From contig RSEE01000030.1 of assembly GCA_003971905.1 (NCBI GenBank), positions 620,001 to 684,000 of the forward strand: DNA of 64,000 nucleotides, read 5' to 3'. Below the pieces are notes generated by a model. That model had not been told where the DNA came from. It saw nothing but the letters and a program-made list of their open reading frames with translations, and ran no database searches. Origin of the DNA: Moniliella sp. 'wahieum'. Taxonomy: Eukaryota. This document shows, piece by piece, positions 36,152-49,460 of this stretch. How positions within the stretch are numbered: the first letter of the stretch is position 1; each line of letters starts with the position of its first letter. The translations under genes were made by a program, and so were the position numbers.

Positions 36152-37183
36152 GTGGGTCCATTTGGGACCTAACCCAGCTGGGGCGCGCCTCTTGCCTTTG
36201 GTTACTTACACACCCTTGGATTGAGGCTCTGACGCACGCCGTGTCATCGATATCGTCGTCGCCCCTTGGCTGCCGTCCCGGCTGTCTCGCGAGACGACCT
36301 CGTGCATACCCCTGCTGTTGAATGTCACCCTATTATCTCCCCACATTGCTGCTACATTTTTACCTGGCCAGCGCGCAGAAGAGGGCGGTGCTAACAAACA
36401 GCCGCGAAGGCTGGGTACAGGTGAGGTTCTTGCCTGTTGTAGGCGAGTAGTTGTAGGCCCTAGACATTCAATGTGTTTTGATCGGCGTCCTGCGCCAACC
36501 GTGTCGGACGTCAAAGCAGGCGGGTGGAGGGGTGCAGCCGAGGTGACTGACGCGTGTCCAGCTCGTGACTAGCACGATTCTTCCCTTTCATCCTCTCCCA
36601 CCGGCGTTCGGGCGCGATGGTGGACGACATGCTTTGGACGAAACACCAGGGGCTGAGATCGGGGACAGCATCAATAGTGTTCACGCACACTAGTACTTTC
36701 ATTCCCAGCGCGGCGAACACGGGCACGAGACGCACAGCCCTGCCTTTACACAGTCCCTTGTTGCGTGCATGGCGGCGCATCTCCGTCTATCGACATTGGT
36801 CAAGCGTAGGTGCTCAGCCTCGCTCCATACCCAAGGCCGCACGAGACGTGTACTGTTTGACTATATGCGGCAAATGGAACGGCTACGGAAAGCATCGTTG
36901 AGTGCCTACATCTGGAACAGCATGCCGGGAGCATGTTATTGATTGGATGGAGCGTCAAAAATGTCCCCCGTGGAGAAAATGTATTTTCGCGGTAAATGTA
37001 TCAATGTGGAACGGGAATTGAACGTGAGCAGGCTTGCTAGGGGACCTGTCTGCCTTTGTGGTTGCGCCAGCAAAAAGGGAAATGGGCGCAGAGCAACACA
37101 TGGGGGGGGGTAGGTGCGGCGTGACGTGGGGAACAAATCAAAGATGGCAAGCGAAACGTGAGCGTGATCATCAATCAGAGGAT

Positions 37184-37685
37184 CTACTGCGAGTAGCCGA
37201 CAACCTTGTGCAACAGCAGGTCATCCACGTTGGACAGCGCACCAATCGTGCGGAACACAACGGCGGACAAGTTGGCCTGGGTGGGCTTGTAGGGGTAGCC
37301 ATCCAGCTTGGGCGCAGTGAGCGTGATGCTAAAGTTGCCCAGGGTGTTTTGCTCGTGGGCCGGGAGGTCGTACCAGCCAAACGTGTAGGCGCCCAGAGCG
37401 TTTCCGCCCAGCCCCGAGGAGCGGCTGTCCAGACCAAACAGCACCCCGTACTCTTCCCCGCTGAGCGAGTCGGAGCGGTGGAGGGTTACGGTGAACTGGG
37501 CATGTGCAGGGGTAAGAAGCAGGTCAGCATCGGTGGGGGTCTGGGTCCAAAACAGCAGGGGTGAAGGGTGAACATACGTCTTGACCTCCGACAAGCGAGT
37601 CGGGAGTGTACCACTTGTCGATGTAGGCATGAGCCGAGTGGGCAGCCGCAAGGGCGGCAAGAGCGAAAACAGAGGCGAAGCGCAT
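37184..37685 (-). CDS. Small secreted protein, NIS1 effector-like (139 aa; intron 37496-37577)
   Basis: Signal peptide MRFASVFALAALAAAHSAHA; GTATGT donor, GCTGAC branch, CAG acceptor join GQD|FTVTL in frame. Mature part resembles the NIS1 family by eye. Confidence 0.7.
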
Positions 37686-38214
37686 GGCGAGAGAGAAGAT
37701 GGAGTGTGTGGGGGCGAAGGGGAGGATGTGGTGGAGAGCGGTGGCGGCGCTGAGGTGGATGGTGAGAAAAAGATGAGCGGAGCCAAGGGCTGGTGGGCTG
37801 GCTTTTAAGTCTCTGTGCGGCCGCCTGCGGGGGGCGTTTTCGGAGGAATGTGGCTTGTCCAAGCGCGCTGCGCCGGAGAAGTGGCGACGGGTGGTGTGCG
37901 CCTGTCGGACTTGGACGGCTGGGAGATGGGTCCGCGCGGAGGCAGGCGGGGGCGGTGGGCGCAGTGCCAGTACTGAACTCGTCTGGCTTCGCGAGCGCCG
38001 GGCAGGCGTGGCGTGGCATGACAGTTGCCGCTGGCGGCATCGGCGGCATGAGCGCATCAGGGCAATAAAGCAGTGCTTTCCGGCGCTCGGTGGCACGCCC
38101 TCGTGCGAGGTGCTGCAGGGTGGACTCCTTCGGCCTTACTGGTCCGGAGCCTGGGTGTTCAGCCGCTGCGCCACGGCTGCGCCACTGCCCCCCGCCCGGC
38201 CCCGCCCGGTGGGC

Positions 38215-39630
38215 AGTGCATCAGTACTGACTCAGTACTCAGTACTCAGTATGCATATTGCGCCCCATCGACCATCGGAGTCCTATACCCCACAGCCACC
38301 CCAGCTCGTCGTGACGTCATTCTGGCGGGAAGGCATCATATTGTGCCACCGTTTCGGCTGAGTCAGCGATCAGACTGATCGATGATCTCGCTCCCTTTTC
38401 AGGCTTCAAAGTTGTCACCTTTTCTTGGCCCGGCCAGGGCACGCAGCCATGCTGGGTCCGAAGCGACGCGTGGCTCCCGATGGGCACGTGTGGGAATATT
38501 CATCCCCAAGGGGGTTCGGACGGCGGGTGGCGGCGGTTGGCATGGTGCGAGTGGCCATGAGTGGGGTGAGCACGATGGACGACACAAGCAAACAAGCCAT
38601 CGGTGCATCAGTACTCAGTACTCAGTATCCATCATGCATGCATCATGCAGCAGCTGCGCTCGTCGACATTCAGACCCAGCGTCCCATTCGGCTGTGCTGC
38701 AACAGGCTGCAACTTGCAACACTGTCACTTCAACTTTCACATTTAACCGCCTCCTCGTTCCCATCGATCTTTTGATCGTCACGTTGTGACAATGTCACAC
38801 GACCGCGCTGGCCGAGTTCACTTGGGTACACCCCCACCCTGGCCTGGCCCCGTACCGCCTCAGAAGATGTCTACAGGAGGGGTGAGGTGGATGACACCTC
38901 CTAAGCCCCAGGCCTGAGGCCGTGGGGTGGGGTGGGGGCAGGGGTGCCCTCGGTGGCTGGTGTGGGCTCTGGAGTCGGAGGGGGGAGGCAAGCACCGAAA
39001 TGGGTGGTAGGACGTGCGCGTGAGCGAGAGCAGAGGTGTGAATGTGATCGGCAACATCACCCGTATCATTGTGACACGCGGCATGTGACAGTGTGCTGTT
39101 CGGCCTAGGTCATGCATCATGATCCTGCGGCAGTGCGTGGGCGGAACGCGTACCACGCAGCAGCGGATGGGCGATGGGCGATGGCAGATGGGCGATGCGC
39201 TGGCGGGAGTTCTGGCGGGTGCGCTGGTGCCTCCGATGCAGCTCGCCTTGCGCGCACCGTCCGCGTGCAGGAGGCGGAAATGCATGCTGGCCAGGTGCGG
39301 GAGCCGAAGGCACAGCGAGGATACTGGCGCTGTGCGAACATTTTTGGAGGGGGCGCAGCGCCAGCGGTGAGAACGACAAAGATCGGCAACACGCCCCCCG
39401 CCAGGGAGCATGCGAGGGGCAGGCACTTCAACACACTCGCCATCTGCGGTGGAGAAGAGCGGCTGCCGTGGCAGGCACTGGGCGGGCAGCACAGCGCAGC
39501 CATCTCAGACACCACAGCATAAGGCATGGCTGCCCCTTGCTGCCCCCTTGCTGCCCCCTTGCTGCCCCCTTGCTGCCCCCTTGCTGCCCCCTTGCTGGCG
39601 CCTGCTGCATGTGCATGTGACATGTGACTG
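38215..39630. repeat. Palindromic heptamer patches in a divergent promoter
   Basis: TCAGTACTG(ACTCAGT)3 38221-38250, CATCAGTACTCAGTACTCAGT ~38606-38626, CATCATGCATGCATCATGCA 38630-38649, ATGTGACATGTGAC ~39616-39629. Confidence 0.8.
39529..39597 (+). repeat. 11-bp minisatellite (GCTGCCCCCTT)~6
   Basis: Direct tandem copies visible upstream of the 39787 gene. Confidence 0.9.
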
Positions 39631-39786
39631 CCGAACCCTCCCGCGACAGACACCGTTCCTCCCTGCGCCGGGGCGCAGCTGGCGAGCACCTCCACCACCT
39701 CGCTCCTTTCCTTTGACCCTTCCCCCCACACCCCCCGCGCCCATCGGCCTCGTCTGCTGGCTGGCCCTCCCGCTTCTTCCGCGCGC

Positions 39787-41601
39787 ATGCGCTCACACGC
39801 TCTCCTCGTCGCCGTTGTGGCCGCGGCCAGTCTGGCTGCCGCCGCCGACCCGCTCGCCCAGCATTCCGGCCGCGCCATGCGCCTCTCTTCTCTCGGCCCA
39901 CACAAGGCCCGGCGCCTGCACAGCGCCGGCTCACCGACCATCTCTCTGGCTCTTCGGACACTGGATCGGAGGATGGCCCTGGTTCGGAAAGAGACACGGG
40001 CTCCGATTCGGGAACCAATCTCGGCACGGGCTCGTCCGATTCCTCCTCCGCCTCCGCAACCCGCTCCGGCTGGACGGGCAACCAACATGGCAGTAGCGCC
40101 GCCGCCGCCACTTCCACCGCCGAGTCTGGCGCAGGCAGCAGCGACACCGGCCGCAGCAAGGACGGTGGGTCCGCATCCAGCTCAGAGGGCGACCATGCCA
40201 CCCGTTCCTCTTCCGACTCCTACGGCACAGCCACCGAGACTGCCTCGTCCTCCCACGCCTCTTCCACCCACACCACTGCCGCCACGGTGCAGGATCCGGC
40301 TCCGGCTCTGGTTCCGGTTCCGGCTCAGGATCAGGATCAGGATCCCACAGGAGCGACACTTACGACTCCTCTGCCTATTCTACCTCGACGACACGAGCGA
40401 TTCGCAAGGCACGACGGCCTATGCGACGGCCACAGCGACTGCAACCGCGACGGCGTCCCCCACCTCGTCTAACGGCGATGCTGCAGCGTCCTACGCCTCC
40501 TCCCGCTCCGCCGCGCAAGCCTCCGAGATGTCCCAGCTCTCTGCCTCGCACGCCTCGATCGCTGCTTCCTTAGCTAGTGTCTCGAGCGAGCTGGAGCAAG
40601 CTTCGGCCGTGGCTTCGCAGTCGGGCCAAGCAGCATCACTGTCGTCGTTACGTGCGTCGCTGTCATCTGCAGCTGCTGCCGCCTCGCTTTCGGCAGCCGC
40701 GGCCTCGTCCCAGTTTTACGCCACTGCCCAGACGGCGGTGACGGTGACGTCGACGCAGCCCCAGGCATCACCGACAGCTACCGGCACCCCTGAAAATAAG
40801 TCGTCAAGCAAGACGGGTGTGATTGCTGGTGCAACGGTGGGTGGTGCGGTAGGTGCGATCTTGCTTGTGGCACTGCTGCTGTGGCGGTTCTGTGGCCGTC
40901 GTGATCGGGAAGCAGCTTCGAACGACATTCGTTGGCCCGAACTCAAAGCGGATCACGATATGACGGGCGGCGATGCAGCCGCTTCCAGCTCGGCGCACAG
41001 GTGGGCCGGGTTCGATATGGGGGACGAATCGGATCAGGAGCTGGACGATGACGAAGCTGTCGCCCACCACGATCCGCCCACCTCAGCTGGCCACCCGTAC
41101 GACCGGACGACTTTGCTTCCGATGTGGGTGGGGATAAGTACGGTGCGTCCCATCCGGCCTATGTCGTCCCTTCCACCACTGCTCTCGCCCCAAAACTATT
41201 CAACCGACTATGGCTTGAGCCGGCTGGCGGCACGTCCGCATTGGCTCGTGGGCCTTCGATTGGCGCTGCCACGTCCGTGTCGGGAGCGCATAGTTCCACC
41301 ACCAGCGGCTATGGAGCGGCGGGCGTGGGTGCCGGCTTGGGCGCAGGCGTGGGCGCAGACATGAACGGATGAGCACCGTATGGGTTCTGTCGCTATGGCC
41401 AACACCAACGCGTACGACCACCCAGGCCCAGGCGGGGCCGACGAAACGTATGCTTACCCGCACCCCACCCAGATGGGCTACTACGATGGCGCTGGCGCCG
41501 GTTACGCCGAACCGGGCCAGGCGGTCGCATTGGAGCCTGGGATGCATGTTGACGCGCCGTACCAGTCTCACTTTATGGACCCACCAGTACACCGTGGCTG
41601 A
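39787..41601 (+). CDS. Type-I membrane Ser/Thr/Ala-rich surface protein (Mid2/mucin-like architecture); frameshifts
   Basis: Signal peptide MRSHALLVAVVAAASLAAAA, S/T/A-rich ectodomain, TM GVIAGATVGGAVGAILLVALLLW followed by RFCGRR, cytoplasmic DIRWPELK and a Tyr-rich tail. Confidence 0.7.
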
Positions 41602-43220
41602 TGCCCATGCGTATGCCGACCCGTACGGACGGACACATTGAGTATTGAGTGTAAGTGTATGCAGGGCCTACCAATTCACTCTCCAACTAGGACCACAACT
41701 GGTCCCGCCCTTGGCTTGAGCCCATTCCCCTACCTTCGTTGCCTATTCATTCATTTCGTCTGTCCAAGAAATCCAGGATATGGGCTCGGGCAGTTTCACC
41801 TGCTTCCTTTTCCTCCTCGTCTCGTCCACCTCTTCCCGTCACTGTTCACCGTTCACTTCGTTTTGTTCCCTCAAGTTGTCGTCACGCCTTTTGCATCCCC
41901 CTGTCCCCGTCATCGCGTCATTGCGTCATTGCGTCCCGGCTGATCTCCATCCTCTCCCGCGGCGGCAAGCGACAAGGGACCTTGCTCGGTACGCGTGCCG
42001 TGCTCGGTTTCTTGTCCGTTATCCTCCCTTGTCCATCCGTTGTCTATCCGTTGTCAGTCTCTGTACCTCGCTGTCCTTGCTTCTCACCTCGTCGGCCCTG
42101 CCCCTGGGTTCGTAGAACGCACGCTGGCTCCCGTGCGCCCCTCCAAGCTCCTAACTCTCTATCACTCCATGGTATCACTACGCTTAGGCCCTGTTGCCAC
42201 GGAGCAAGGGAGGCAATGGTTCCTTCCTTTTTCTCTGGCTGGCAGGGCATCAATCCATGCACCTACTCTCAAATCTCCGTCACGACGAGCAGGCGGGTTG
42301 TTGTACTCAGGCTTTTTTTTAAAAGTAGTATATAGTTGTGCAACTTTGTCGAGCCCGTCAGACTGGAAACGCCAAGTAGTTTAGCACCCAATAAGTTGGT
42401 ATCGACGCATACGCCCGACGGATGGGCGTTGAGGCGTTGGGGCGTTAAGGAGGCCTGAGGCCCGAGGCCCTGAGGGACGATCGATTGTTCGCTTCCACGG
42501 CAACGTCGTTGGGCAAACGAAGTCTACATGGACTACCTCTTCCCACATATCGGCACACACCACTCTCGCCTACCTTTTCAACCATAAGAAACACCTTGCT
42601 CGCTTGTCTCCGTCCTACAAACGAAAGAAGCGTGCAGTAACCGATTCCAAGTCAAGCGACGGTCATACGAGTGACTAGGGACGGGAAGAACTTGGGATGC
42701 ACTGTGGATGGTGGGAGTCGACCAAAACTGGTCCCGTATGGTTCGGTGGCAGAAAGCATGGCCGCAGAGCGAATCGCGAATCAGATGACTCGAACGGCAG
42801 ATGGCGACCGAGCGTGGAAGAGCGAAATGGGATGAAGAATGGTGAATGGCATGCGCTGGGATCAGCATGGAAAATGGAGAGTTGGAATGAAAAGGATACT
42901 AGGTTTTGAACTCGAATGGGAACGGGGAACGGGGAACGGGGAACGGGAAACGATAGTGCCAGAGCGGGGGAGGGGATGAGGGAAAGTGACAGGAAGTAGG
43001 CAGGCAAACTGTTTGCACTCTGGAGTGGCCAAATGGCCAAGCAAAAAAAGAGACACAATGCGGTGTAGCAGGTGGGACAAAGGAAAGGGATCATGGGAAC
43101 GAAGGGGAAAGGCAAACGGGGTGGGAGTCGAAGCGCCAAGGCCCATGGTGTATGGCCATGGGAAAAAGAAAACCAGGTACCTACCCTCAGTTTGGAACGG
43201 CCAAGCAGCGGTGTTGCCTT

Positions 43221-45161
43221 CTAAGCATCTGGCTCAGGTTGCTCCAGAATGCCAACGAGACGTTGGGCTAAATTGGCAATCTCGGCTTCGGCATCTTGCT
43301 CGTCAGAGCCGGAATGGGAAGGGCGATGGAGGTGCCAGTAGGCGACCCAGCCAGGTTACCTTCCTCCTCACCGCCGACCCGCGCGCCAGTGGCGGAGGAA
43401 GAAGGAGGCACAAAGGCCAGCTGCGCACCAAGGGCAAGATCTGTGGGAGAGCGGAAATGGGCCTCGAGCTCGGGATCGTTGTCGAGCAACTGGAGAATGG
43501 TCCAGACGGCAATGTGCTGGAAAGTCGAATCGCCACTTTCGAGGAAACGAACAAGGTAGCCTTCCAGTCCGCCTGCAGGATGGTCCCATACTGCATTGAA
43601 CGCTCCATAATCCTCGCTCTTGCTCGCCAGGTTGCCCAAGGCAGCAGCCGCATTGCCCTGCACTTCCACACCTTCGCTGCGGTGAGCGGGAGGAGGACCT
43701 CGCAGATGCCCATCGACAGGAGCTGGGACTTGAGTTCCTCGCTCAGCGCCAGCACAGCAATGCATGCTGTCATCTCACTCTGTACGCTGATGGGCACATG
43801 GAGGACCAACTGTTTGATCCGCTGCACTGCGCCGGCCGCCACAATTTCCGCCTTGTTGCGTTCGCTGCTGGCCGCCAGGTTGCGCAGGGTGGAGATGGCA
43901 TGGCACTGGATCTCCTCATTGTCGTCGTGGCTCAAGAGACCGATCAACGGGGGTAGGAAGCCTGCCTCAATGATCGGCGACTCGTTGTGCGGGTCAATCG
44001 AGACGTTGCGCACGCACGCTGCGGCCGATAAGATGAGTGGCAAAAAGGAAGTTTGCAGCAGACGCAAAAGGTGCGGCAGACCGCCAAACTGAACAATCTC
44101 TACTTGGTAGTGCTCATCGCTGGCTAGGTTACGCAAGGCCAACGCAGCTTGGCATTGTACCCGTAGGCTGGTACTGTCGAGCAGACCAATCAGACGCTGT
44201 ACCAGCATAGGCTGGGTCTCGGACAACTTCTTGCGGTTCTCAGCATCAACAGCAATGTTGCTAAGCAGTGGTGCAGTAGTACTGCACATCAACGTCGCTG
44301 CTGTCCAATAGGCTGACCAACGCCGGAATGGCACCGGCGCGGACCAGCTCCGACCGGTTCTCGTCGCTGTGCGTCATATTCAATAGGGCACCCGTCGCGT
44401 TACGCTGTACACGCGGGTCCTTGGACGTTTGGGCCAGCCGGGTGAGAGGGACCAAGGCCCCGATTTGGCAATCTTGGTCTTGTTCTCGTCGTGGGTGGCC
44501 AGGTTGGTATGCAACCAACAGCATTACACTGCACCTCTACATTGGGACTCAGCATTTGGCGGATCAGTGGCTCCAGTCCGTCCATGCGCACGATCAGCAA
44601 CTTGTTTTCCGCTGCGAAGCCAGACGGAAGCATGTGTCAGTAAGGCCCAACGACGGGGCACCGTCGTAAGGGAGCGGCAGCATACGAGCGCTAACGTACT
44701 GTTCACAGCCAAGTTTCCCAGCCGCACTCGCCGCTCGCTGTGCCTCCACATCGTGGCTCTTGAGCAGAAACAGAATCGGCTTGAGCGTCTCAGGCCCCAC
44801 CTCCCACCTCGCGCACATCTTTCTCGGTGATCTCGGCAAATGCCAGCGCGGCACTACGCTGCAGATCGGTATTGTCGCTGTACGCCAGCGTCGTCAGCGC
44901 CTTGAGCGGGTCCCCTTGGAAAAAGTCGGTTTCGGTCCGGTCTACAGGCAGGGCACAAATGTCAAATGTCAGCTGCGTCCATCTGGGCTGCTGGTTGCAC
45001 AGCAGCGGACTGGAAACCAGGCACGAGGAGAGAAGTAGGAAGCACATCAGGACAACGTACTCTCGAGGTACTGGAGCAGGTCGGCGACTGCATCGCGTCG
45101 TTGTCCAGCAGCAGCGGCTCGTGCTGGGGCCGGGAACAGGCACACTGCAAGTGTTGCCCAT
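43221..45161 (-). CDS. VAC8: Vacuolar protein 8 (armadillo repeats); at least two introns, frameshifts
   Basis: MGNTCS acylation-type N-terminus; [85 protein letters not shown]. Confidence 0.95.
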
Positions 45162-46264
45162 GGCGGTCAGGTGGCCTAGGGGAGGGTAGGGGAGAGACGA
45201 GGAGACAGAGACACAGCAGGCCGCAAAGCAGGAGCCCAGCACGCCCACAAGGCGCGGCGCAACGGCCGGAGGAGGGGCGGGAGGGCGGGAAGGATGGTGG
45301 AGGGCGGGGAGCGAGGCGGTGAGATGGAGGCGGGAGGAAGGCGGCGGGAGGGGCGGCGGGGGCAGGCACGAGGCAGGCACGAAGGACAAGAAAGAGCCTG
45401 GCCAGCTTGCAGCCCAACTTGGGCTCGACGCCCCAGCCACAGCCGGTGACGCGTGACGCGCCCAGGTGACCGCTGAGGTCACCTGACCAGACGGATCTCA
45501 GCTCTGCTCGAACGCCTCTCAGAATCTCAGCCTCTCAGTCTCAGATCTCAGCAGCGGAGGGGAGCATGCGGCTTGAAAGTTGAAACCTTGATAGCCCAAT
45601 GTGGCCTGGTAGTTGCCTAGTTGCCCAGCCGCACAGACACAAGACGAGTCACGCGTCACTGCTGCACTTGCACTTGCCCCCGCCAGTCCTATCGCGGACC
45701 CCATCCGCTATCCCAGGTCATGTCGCCTCTTCTGTCCCAGTCCAGCCTCAGCACATAACCCCAACGACGTATACACCTCCTCATTCGTATCTCCACTGGG
45801 GCGGACGCTTTGCTTTCCAACAGGCCAGGCCTCATATCAACAACAGCAGCACAGCGGGGGGCACCACTCTTTGTGCGCCAGGACTAGGGCAGGAAGAAGA
45901 GGAGAGAAAGACGGGATGTGGAGGTTCGATTGATGAGAAGAACAGGAGAATCATATGACAGATGGTCAGGAAGAAAGGAAGAAAGAGAACCAAAAGGGAG
46001 AGGGTCGATGCGCATGCGAAAGCATAACAAGCAAAAGGGCTGGAAAAAGCTAAACGGGAAAAAATGGCCCCGGGGGGGAGGGGCTAAAAGCGGGACACAC
46101 ACCACACAGGATGGTGGAACCGTCGCCACATCCCAAGAACGATTGTCGCAAGCGCACAAAAACAGGAGATTGGCCTACTATACACATGCTGGCTCTTCTC
46201 CTAGTTGCACACCTCGCTGAAAAAGAACCCTTTCCGCGCCACGAGCGCTTAAGCACGGACCACC

Positions 46265-48600
46265 CTAGTTGCCCTCCACCTGCGCCTCCTTCAGCACCAC
46301 CAGGCCCTCTCGTACCTTTTGGTCCAACGCGTCCCGGTTGTGGATGAGAATCATCAACTCGTTCATCTGCATCTCCAGCAGCATGCCCGTCAACTTGCCC
46401 GCCAGATCCGCTGCGTCTCCGCAATACGCGGGTAGAGGATCTCGCCAATCATCTGCTTCTGATCTTGCGGCGACCTACCAGTAAGATTGTAATCGTCCCC
46501 TTCAAGACGAGGGACCACAGCCTGGGGCATCGCCGCTGGTGGCGGAGGCGGTGCCGACATCATGCTCGGTGCTCGTGCAGGGGGCGGCACCGGAACCCTC
46601 CCGTTGGCGCCGCGAGCCCACAGACCCTGCAGCTCCATCCCAAGGGCCAAGAGGTGCCGCGCGTCCAGGCGGGGCAATGCGTTGGTGGTGGGCGGAATAC
46701 ACCTGTTGCATAGAAAGGAAGGATAGTATGTAGAGCCCATGGGCTGGTACGGCATGGGAGAAGTTGGCAAACGTCCTCCCGTGTAGCCATCATCGGAGCT
46801 CCACCGTACGCAGCGTTTTGGATGCCATACATGTTGTTGTAGTACCCCTGTTGTTGTTGTTCTTGCTGCAGCATATGTTCTTCGTGGCGTTTAGCAATCA
46901 GTGCTTCGATCTGTTGCCGCCGTGCCTCCTTTGTTTGGGCACGAGCGATATAGAGTGGCCGACCATCAATCACCTTGTCACGCATCTCCCTCATCGCGTG
47001 GTTCGCCACGTCTGGCGAACTGTACGCGACAAAGGCAAAGCCGCGCGAGTACCCCGTCACCGGGTCGCGCATCACCTTGGCACTGGTGATCGTGCCAAAG
47101 GTCCCAACAGCTCAATCAAATTGTCCTCAGTAAACGTATCGGGAATGTTTTTGAGGTGTACAGGTTAACTCCCTGCAAGTACGCATGCTCCGTTGGACTG
47201 CAAAAGTGCGTCGTAGTTCGGCTTGGCGCTCCCTTTTTTTGGGCACGAGCGACAAAGAGGGGCAATCCATGAAAGTCTTGGCCGTTTCAGGGCTTTGAAT
47301 CGCGGCCTCGGCCTCGGCGTGTTGAAGGAAGTTGACAAAGCCAAACCCAGACGGGGTGCCATCCAGCATCTTGGCTAGATGCCAGGAGGTGATAGTGCCA
47401 AACTGGGAAAACAGGCTTTCAAATTCTTCGTCGGGTGATACTGGTTCCCAAGTTTTTGCAGTACACATTGGTGAATGACGCGCGAGCGCTTCGGTGCGAG
47501 CAATGCGCTCCGCCTTGGGCAAATGGTGACCCACATAGACTTTTTTGTCATTGAGCAGCATACCGTTGACATGATCGATGGCCTGCTCGGCTCCCTCTTT
47601 GGTCTCATAATGGACAAATCCGTAACCCAAGCTAGTCCCATCGGGCCCTACAGCCACCTTACTGGAAGGATCTTGCCAAAGCAGAAACGTGTCATGAAGC
47701 GCTTTGTTGTCAATGCTGGCATCCAAGTTCCTGATGAAAATGTTGCCCTCCCCCTCCGGCGCATTGAAGGTCGCGCTGAGAAACATGATCCGACACGCGC
47801 GTCTCGAATGACCGAGTAGTTGAGTTTTTCAATCGCCTTTTCAGCATCAGCAACATGCGCATAGTTGACATAGGCGTATCCCATCGAGCGCCGCGTTTGG
47901 GCATCACACGGCATATACCGTATGTTGGCTTACGGTACCCCACCGTGCTGAACATTTGGTAAAGCAAGGCTTCGACACGTAGGAGCCAGGTCGCCCACAT
48001 AGAGCGACGGACTTTTGGTTACATGGGGAGAACGGGTATTAGTGGTGAGAGCCGTGGTATTAGCGCTCTTGATGCCAGTGATGGGCTCCACCTTGGCCTC
48101 CACCCCTTCTGTGCCCGCATGTGCCGCGTTTGGCGTAGATGAAGTAGATGTGACATTGCCACTAGCAGAGTCAACTGCACCAGCGATAGTCGGAGCATTC
48201 AGGGACGAAACCCCGCAATAAGGGATCCGGAAAACAAAGGAGAAGTAATGGCAGCACCCTTCGGCATCCCAGCAAGGGCGAGCAGGGTCTGAAGCCGAGA
48301 GGGGAGAGCGAGAAGGAGGAGGTGCATCAGTATCCGTACTCGTAGCCGTATCCGTAGCCATAGCCGTAGCCGAGCTTGGAGCCAAGAGGGAAGTACTCTG
48401 AGACGGAAGCGAAGCGGGGGCAACCACCGCCGCCTCGTCCAGCGCGCCACGGGATGCAACAGAAGAAACGGGGGCGCGAACGGGGCAGGCAACACACCAC
48501 CGGCCAAAGTGGAGGGTTGAGGCACGGTGATAGCCGCGGGGGCGAATGCTTGCTTGGTCGGGGCGGGCAGATCGATAGGGGCGTTCATGTGGGCAGACAT
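46265..48600 (-). CDS. PAB1: Poly(A)-binding protein (4 RRMs + MLLE); frameshifts; start uncertain
   Basis: SLYVGDL, TRRSMGYAYVNY, GNIFIRNLDASIDNKALHDTF, GYGFVHYETKE, GFGFVNF, SRGFAFVAY, QKQMIGEILYPRI..LAGKLTGMLLEM. Confidence 0.92.
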
Positions 48601-49460
48601 AGGGGAATATGAGAGCGGGGGACGAGAAAGGGGCAAGAGAAGAGGAACGAAGAGAGGCGGGAGCAGAGGGAAGAGAAACGAGGTGGTGGGCAGAAACCCA
48701 GGAGGCAGCAGTACTCTCTTGGGTCTCTTAAGCCGCCTCAGGAGGCGTGCGTCTGGCGCCTGACTGGCCTGAATACTCGGCACTGAGTGGCGCTTCGGCT
48801 GCGCAGAGCGGGAGCTGTAGCGAGTGGGTTGTGACTGGCTCTCTTGTTTGTGGCCATTAATTAGCCTCTTCTGTACCGAGGGCAGCGCCCCCTGCAAGCC
48901 GGCTCTGGCACCACGCCAGTCTGCCACCAGCACCACTCGAAACGGGCGGCAGCAACCCTAGTGCTCCACCGCCTCCAGGGGAGGCGGTGGCGGCCCATCC
49001 GCATTCGGTGCAGGCAGGACCGCATCCATCCAGCACCCACACGGTCTTTATACCTCCTCCCGCGCTCACCCTCCGCTCACGTCCCGTTGGTCCTCCCCAA
49101 ACACCTCCAGACTCCGCTCTTCTCTTTGATTTGGGTGGGCTCTGGTCTGTTCTTTTGTTTTTGCAATGCTTTATTGGTCACTCTACCATCCATCCCGCCC
49201 TCTCATTGGTGTGTAAGGTACCTCCTGAGTCGCGACGAAGCCAGACCCCCCAATTATTCACCGCCAGTAGGATAATCGTCGTCGCTCATCTTGGAACGAC
49301 ATATGCAATCACGCGCACCAGGAGCATTGGATTTATAGCAAACAAGCATACTGCCCCACACAGGGGTAGTGTGGGGGAGTGAGGGGGTGGTACGAGATCG
49401 GAAGCAAAAGTGGATGGAAGCGGGGGTGAGCTTATAGTCTGTTGACTTGGGGTCAGAAGA

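Noticed and set aside
42986..44092. 368-aa plus-strand ORF
   Set aside because: Antisense to VAC8, a GC-rich codon shadow.
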